From Actinoplanes sp. N902-109 (lineage in GTDB: Bacteria; Actinomycetota; Actinomycetes; Mycobacteriales; Micromonosporaceae): DNA of 32,000 nucleotides. The notes beneath the pieces were generated by a model. It was not told the DNA's origin. It worked only from the letters and a program-made list of their open reading frames with translations, and did not search any database. The stretch covers positions 1,959,104-1,991,103 of the forward strand of contig NC_021191.1 in the NCBI RefSeq assembly GCF_000389965.1, in the 5' to 3' direction. Positions 29,939-32,000 of the stretch are shown here, piece after piece (the first letter of the stretch is position 1; each line of letters begins with the position of its first letter). Made by a program: the position numbers and the translations under genes.

Positions 29939-32000
29939 ATGGCCGCTCCCAAGCAGGTTGCCCCGGGCCGGGCAACCACGACCCGAGCCTCGGCCCGGGC
30001 CGCCAGCGCCGCCACCCCGGCCGGGCGCCCGGCCGCCAAGCCCACCGTCAAGCGCGTGGCTGCCGCGACGTCGACCACCACCCGCCCCAAGGCCGCATCG
30101 GCATCGGCGCCTCCGAAGGGTGCTGCTGCCGCCAAGACCGGTGCTGCCTCGAAGGCTTCGGGCAAGGCTGCTTCGGGCGCGGGCTCCACGGCATCCTCGG
30201 CCAAGGCTTCCGTCTCGACGACCGCCGCGAAGGGTGCCGCGGCGAAAGCCCCGACGGGCTCGACGGGCTCGACGGCTAAGGCATCGACCGCCAAGAGCGC
30301 TTCCGTCAAGGCCGGCACCGCCACCAAGACCACCGCCGCGAAGTCCGCCGCCGCTGCGAAGTCTGCCGCCACCAAGACCGCCGCCGCGAAGACTGGCGCC
30401 GCTGCGAAGTCCGGCGCGACGAAGACTGTCGCCGCTGCGAAGTCTGGCGCGACGAAGACTGGTACCGCTGCGAAGTCCGGCGCGACGAAGACTGTCGCCG
30501 CGAAGACCGCCGCTACCAAGACCGCTGCCGTGAAGACCGCTGCTGCGAAGTCCGGCACTGTTGCGAAGTCCGGCGCGACCAAGGTTGCTGCCGTGAAGGG
30601 TGGCGCCGCCAATTCCGGCGTGAGCAAGGGTTCCGCCGCGAAGGCCGGCGTGAGCAAGGTTCCTGCCGCGACGGCCGGCGCGAGCAAGGCCGGGGCGGCT
30701 AAAGCTGGTGCGGGCAAGCCGGTCGCCAAGCGCATCGCCGCCGCGACGTCGACGACGGCCAAGCCGACCGTCAGCGCTTCCGCGACCGATGCCGGCACCA
30801 AGTCGGCCCCCGCGAAGCGCACGGCTGCGTCGTCCACGACAGGTGCCGCGAAGCGCACGGCTGCGTCGTCCACGACAGGTCCCGCGAAGCGCACGGCTGC
30901 GTCGACCACGACAGGTGCCACGAAGCGCACCGCTGCGTCGACCACGACAGGTGCCACGAAGCGCACCGCTGCGGCCGCCAAGACCGCCGCTGCCAAGCCT
31001 GCCACCGCCAAAGCCAGCGTCACCGACGTCGGCGCCGCGGCCACCGCCACGACGACCGGCACCGCCGCCAAGGCTGGTGTCGCCAGGGCCGGTGTCGCCA
31101 AGAAGGTGTCCGCAGCCAAGAGTGTGGCACCGAAGGCACCGGCTTCGAAGGCTCTGGCTTCGAAGGCTCCGGCTTCGAGGACCACGGCGAAAAAGGCGCC
31201 GGCGACGAAGGCTTCGGCGAAGAACGTTCCGGCGACGAAGGCGGCTACCAAGTCGACGACTCGTTCGACGGCGAAGTCGGCATCCGCTCGGATCGGCGGC
31301 GTTGCTGCCACGGCGGCTTCGGCGGGGAGCGGCGCGGCGGCTTCGGCGGGGAGCGGCGCGGCGCGGAAGGCCACCGGGAAAGCGGCGGCTCCCACCCGGA
31401 ACGCCACCACGAGCGCCACCAGGAGTGCCGGCAAGGCCGCTACCACCAGCGGCACCAAGTCCACCGCGAGCAAGGCCACGGCGAGCAAGGCCACGGCAAG
31501 CAAGGCCACGGCGAGCAAGGCCACGGCGAGCAAGTCCACCGCGAGCAAGGCCACGGCGTCGAAGGCGACGAGCGGCAAGGCTACCGGCGCTGAGGCGGCA
31601 GGCGCCAAGGCGACGGGCGGGAAGGGCTCTGCTGCGAAGTCCGCTGCCAAGTCGGCCGCTACCAAGGCTGCGACGACGGCCAAGTCGGCAATGGCCAAGG
31701 CAACCACCGCAGCGAAGTCCATGACCAGCAGCAAGACGGCCCAAGCTTCCAAGACGGCCCAGGCTGCCAAGACGGCCCAGGCTGCCAAGACGGCCCAGGC
31801 TGCCAAGACGGCTCAGCCGTCCAAGACGACCCTTGCGAAGGCGACCGCGACCAAGACAGCCGCGGCGAAGGCGACCGCCGGCAGGACAGCAGCCAAGCCC
31901 GCCGCGGCGAAGGCCACCGCAGCCAGAGCCACCGCGGGCAAGCCGGCGGCCACCACCAGTACGGGGGCGAAGGTGACCGCTGCCAGGGCGGGCGCGGGCA
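29939..32000 (+). CDS. Ala/Lys/Thr-rich histone-H1-like low-complexity protein (truncated by the window edge)
   Basis: Open frame from ATG 29939 (RBS AAGGAGG) to the window end: 'MAAPKQVAPGRATTTRASARAASAATPAGRPAAKPTVKRVAAATSTTTRPKAAS...AAKTAQAAKTAQAAKTAQ...'. Absent from the ORF track because it has no stop inside the window. Confidence 0.8.
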   Translation, partial: MAAPKQVAPGRATTTRASARAASAATPAGRPAAKPTVKRVAAATSTTTRPKAASASAPPKGAAAAKTGAASKASGKAASGAGSTASSAKASVSTTAAKGAAAKAPTGSTGSTAKASTAKSASVKAGTATKTTAAKSAAAAKSAATKTAAAKTGAAAKSGATKTVAAAKSGATKTGTAAKSGATKTVAAKTAATKTAAVKTAAAKSGTVAKSGATKVAAVKGGAANSGVSKGSAAKAGVSKVPAATAGASKAGAAKAGAGKPVAKRIAAATSTTAKPTVSASATDAGTKSAPAKRTAASSTTGAAKRTAASSTTGPAKRTAASTTTGATKRTAASTTTGATKRTAAAAKTAAAKPATAKASVTDVGAAATATTTGTAAKAGVARAGVAKKVSAAKSVAPKAPASKALASKAPASRTTAKKAPATKASAKNVPATKAATKSTTRSTAKSASARIGGVAATAASAGSGAAASAGSGAARKATGKAAAPTRNATTSATRSAGKAATTSGTKSTASKATASKATASKATASKATASKSTASKATASKATSGKATGAEAAGAKATGGKGSAAKSAAKSAATKAATTAKSAMAKATTAAKSMTSSKTAQASKTAQAAKTAQAAKTAQAAKTAQPSKTTLAKATATKTAAAKATAGRTAAKPAAAKATAARATAGKPAATTSTGAKVTAARAGAG
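30811..30990. repeat. 36-bp in-frame tandem repeats (AAKRTAASSTTG) inside the H1-like gene
   Basis: GCGAAGCGCACGGCTGCGTCGTCCACGACAGGTGCC-like units, four full plus a partial. Confidence 0.85.

Noticed and set aside
29830-31806. 658-aa and 609-aa minus-strand ORFs (Ala/Val/Leu- and Arg/Gly-rich)
   Set aside because: Antisense shadow of the lysine/alanine-rich H1-like gene, which has a proper RBS and start on the plus strand.

Overview
High-GC actinobacterial DNA. The core of the window (about 5.35-23.9 kb) looks like an organofluorine (4-fluorothreonine/fluoroacetate-type) biosynthetic locus. The anchor is a fluorinase (14742-15638) carrying the fluorinase-specific loop '[20 protein letters not shown]'. 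Around it are a 5'-fluoro-5'-deoxyadenosine/MTA phosphorylase (21011-21880), an MtnA-type 5-deoxyribose-1-phosphate isomerase (8115-9152), a 621-aa SHMT-like + class II aldolase-like fusion matching 4-fluorothreonine transaldolase (6090-7955), a cation/H+ antiporter, an adenine phosphoribosyltransferase, and a compact sahH-metK-adoK SAM/adenosine recycling operon. Candidate self-protection genes are a YbaK/ProX-type aminoacyl-tRNA deacylase, an EamA exporter, a Lnu-like nucleotidyltransferase and a threonine-dehydratase-like enzyme. Less expected features are: a GAPDH-fold protein whose catalytic His and phosphate-binding residues appear substituted, co-directional with the dehydratase; an orphan LuxR/NarL regulator with a degenerate receiver domain; three short-tandem-repeat blocks beside cluster genes, two of which look like reiterations of a neighbouring gene's 3' end; and candidate operator sequences. 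The flanks hold RNase P RNA, a VOC protein/MarR pair, an MctP-like symporter with DUF3311 subunit, a GH18 chitinase, a YhgE/Pip-like membrane protein, stand-alone GTP cyclohydrolase II, an M15 peptidase, a methyltransferase, asd, and a very long Ala/Lys/Thr-rich histone-H1-like ORF that runs off the right edge. All homology calls are from memory and by-eye motif reading; no database search was run.
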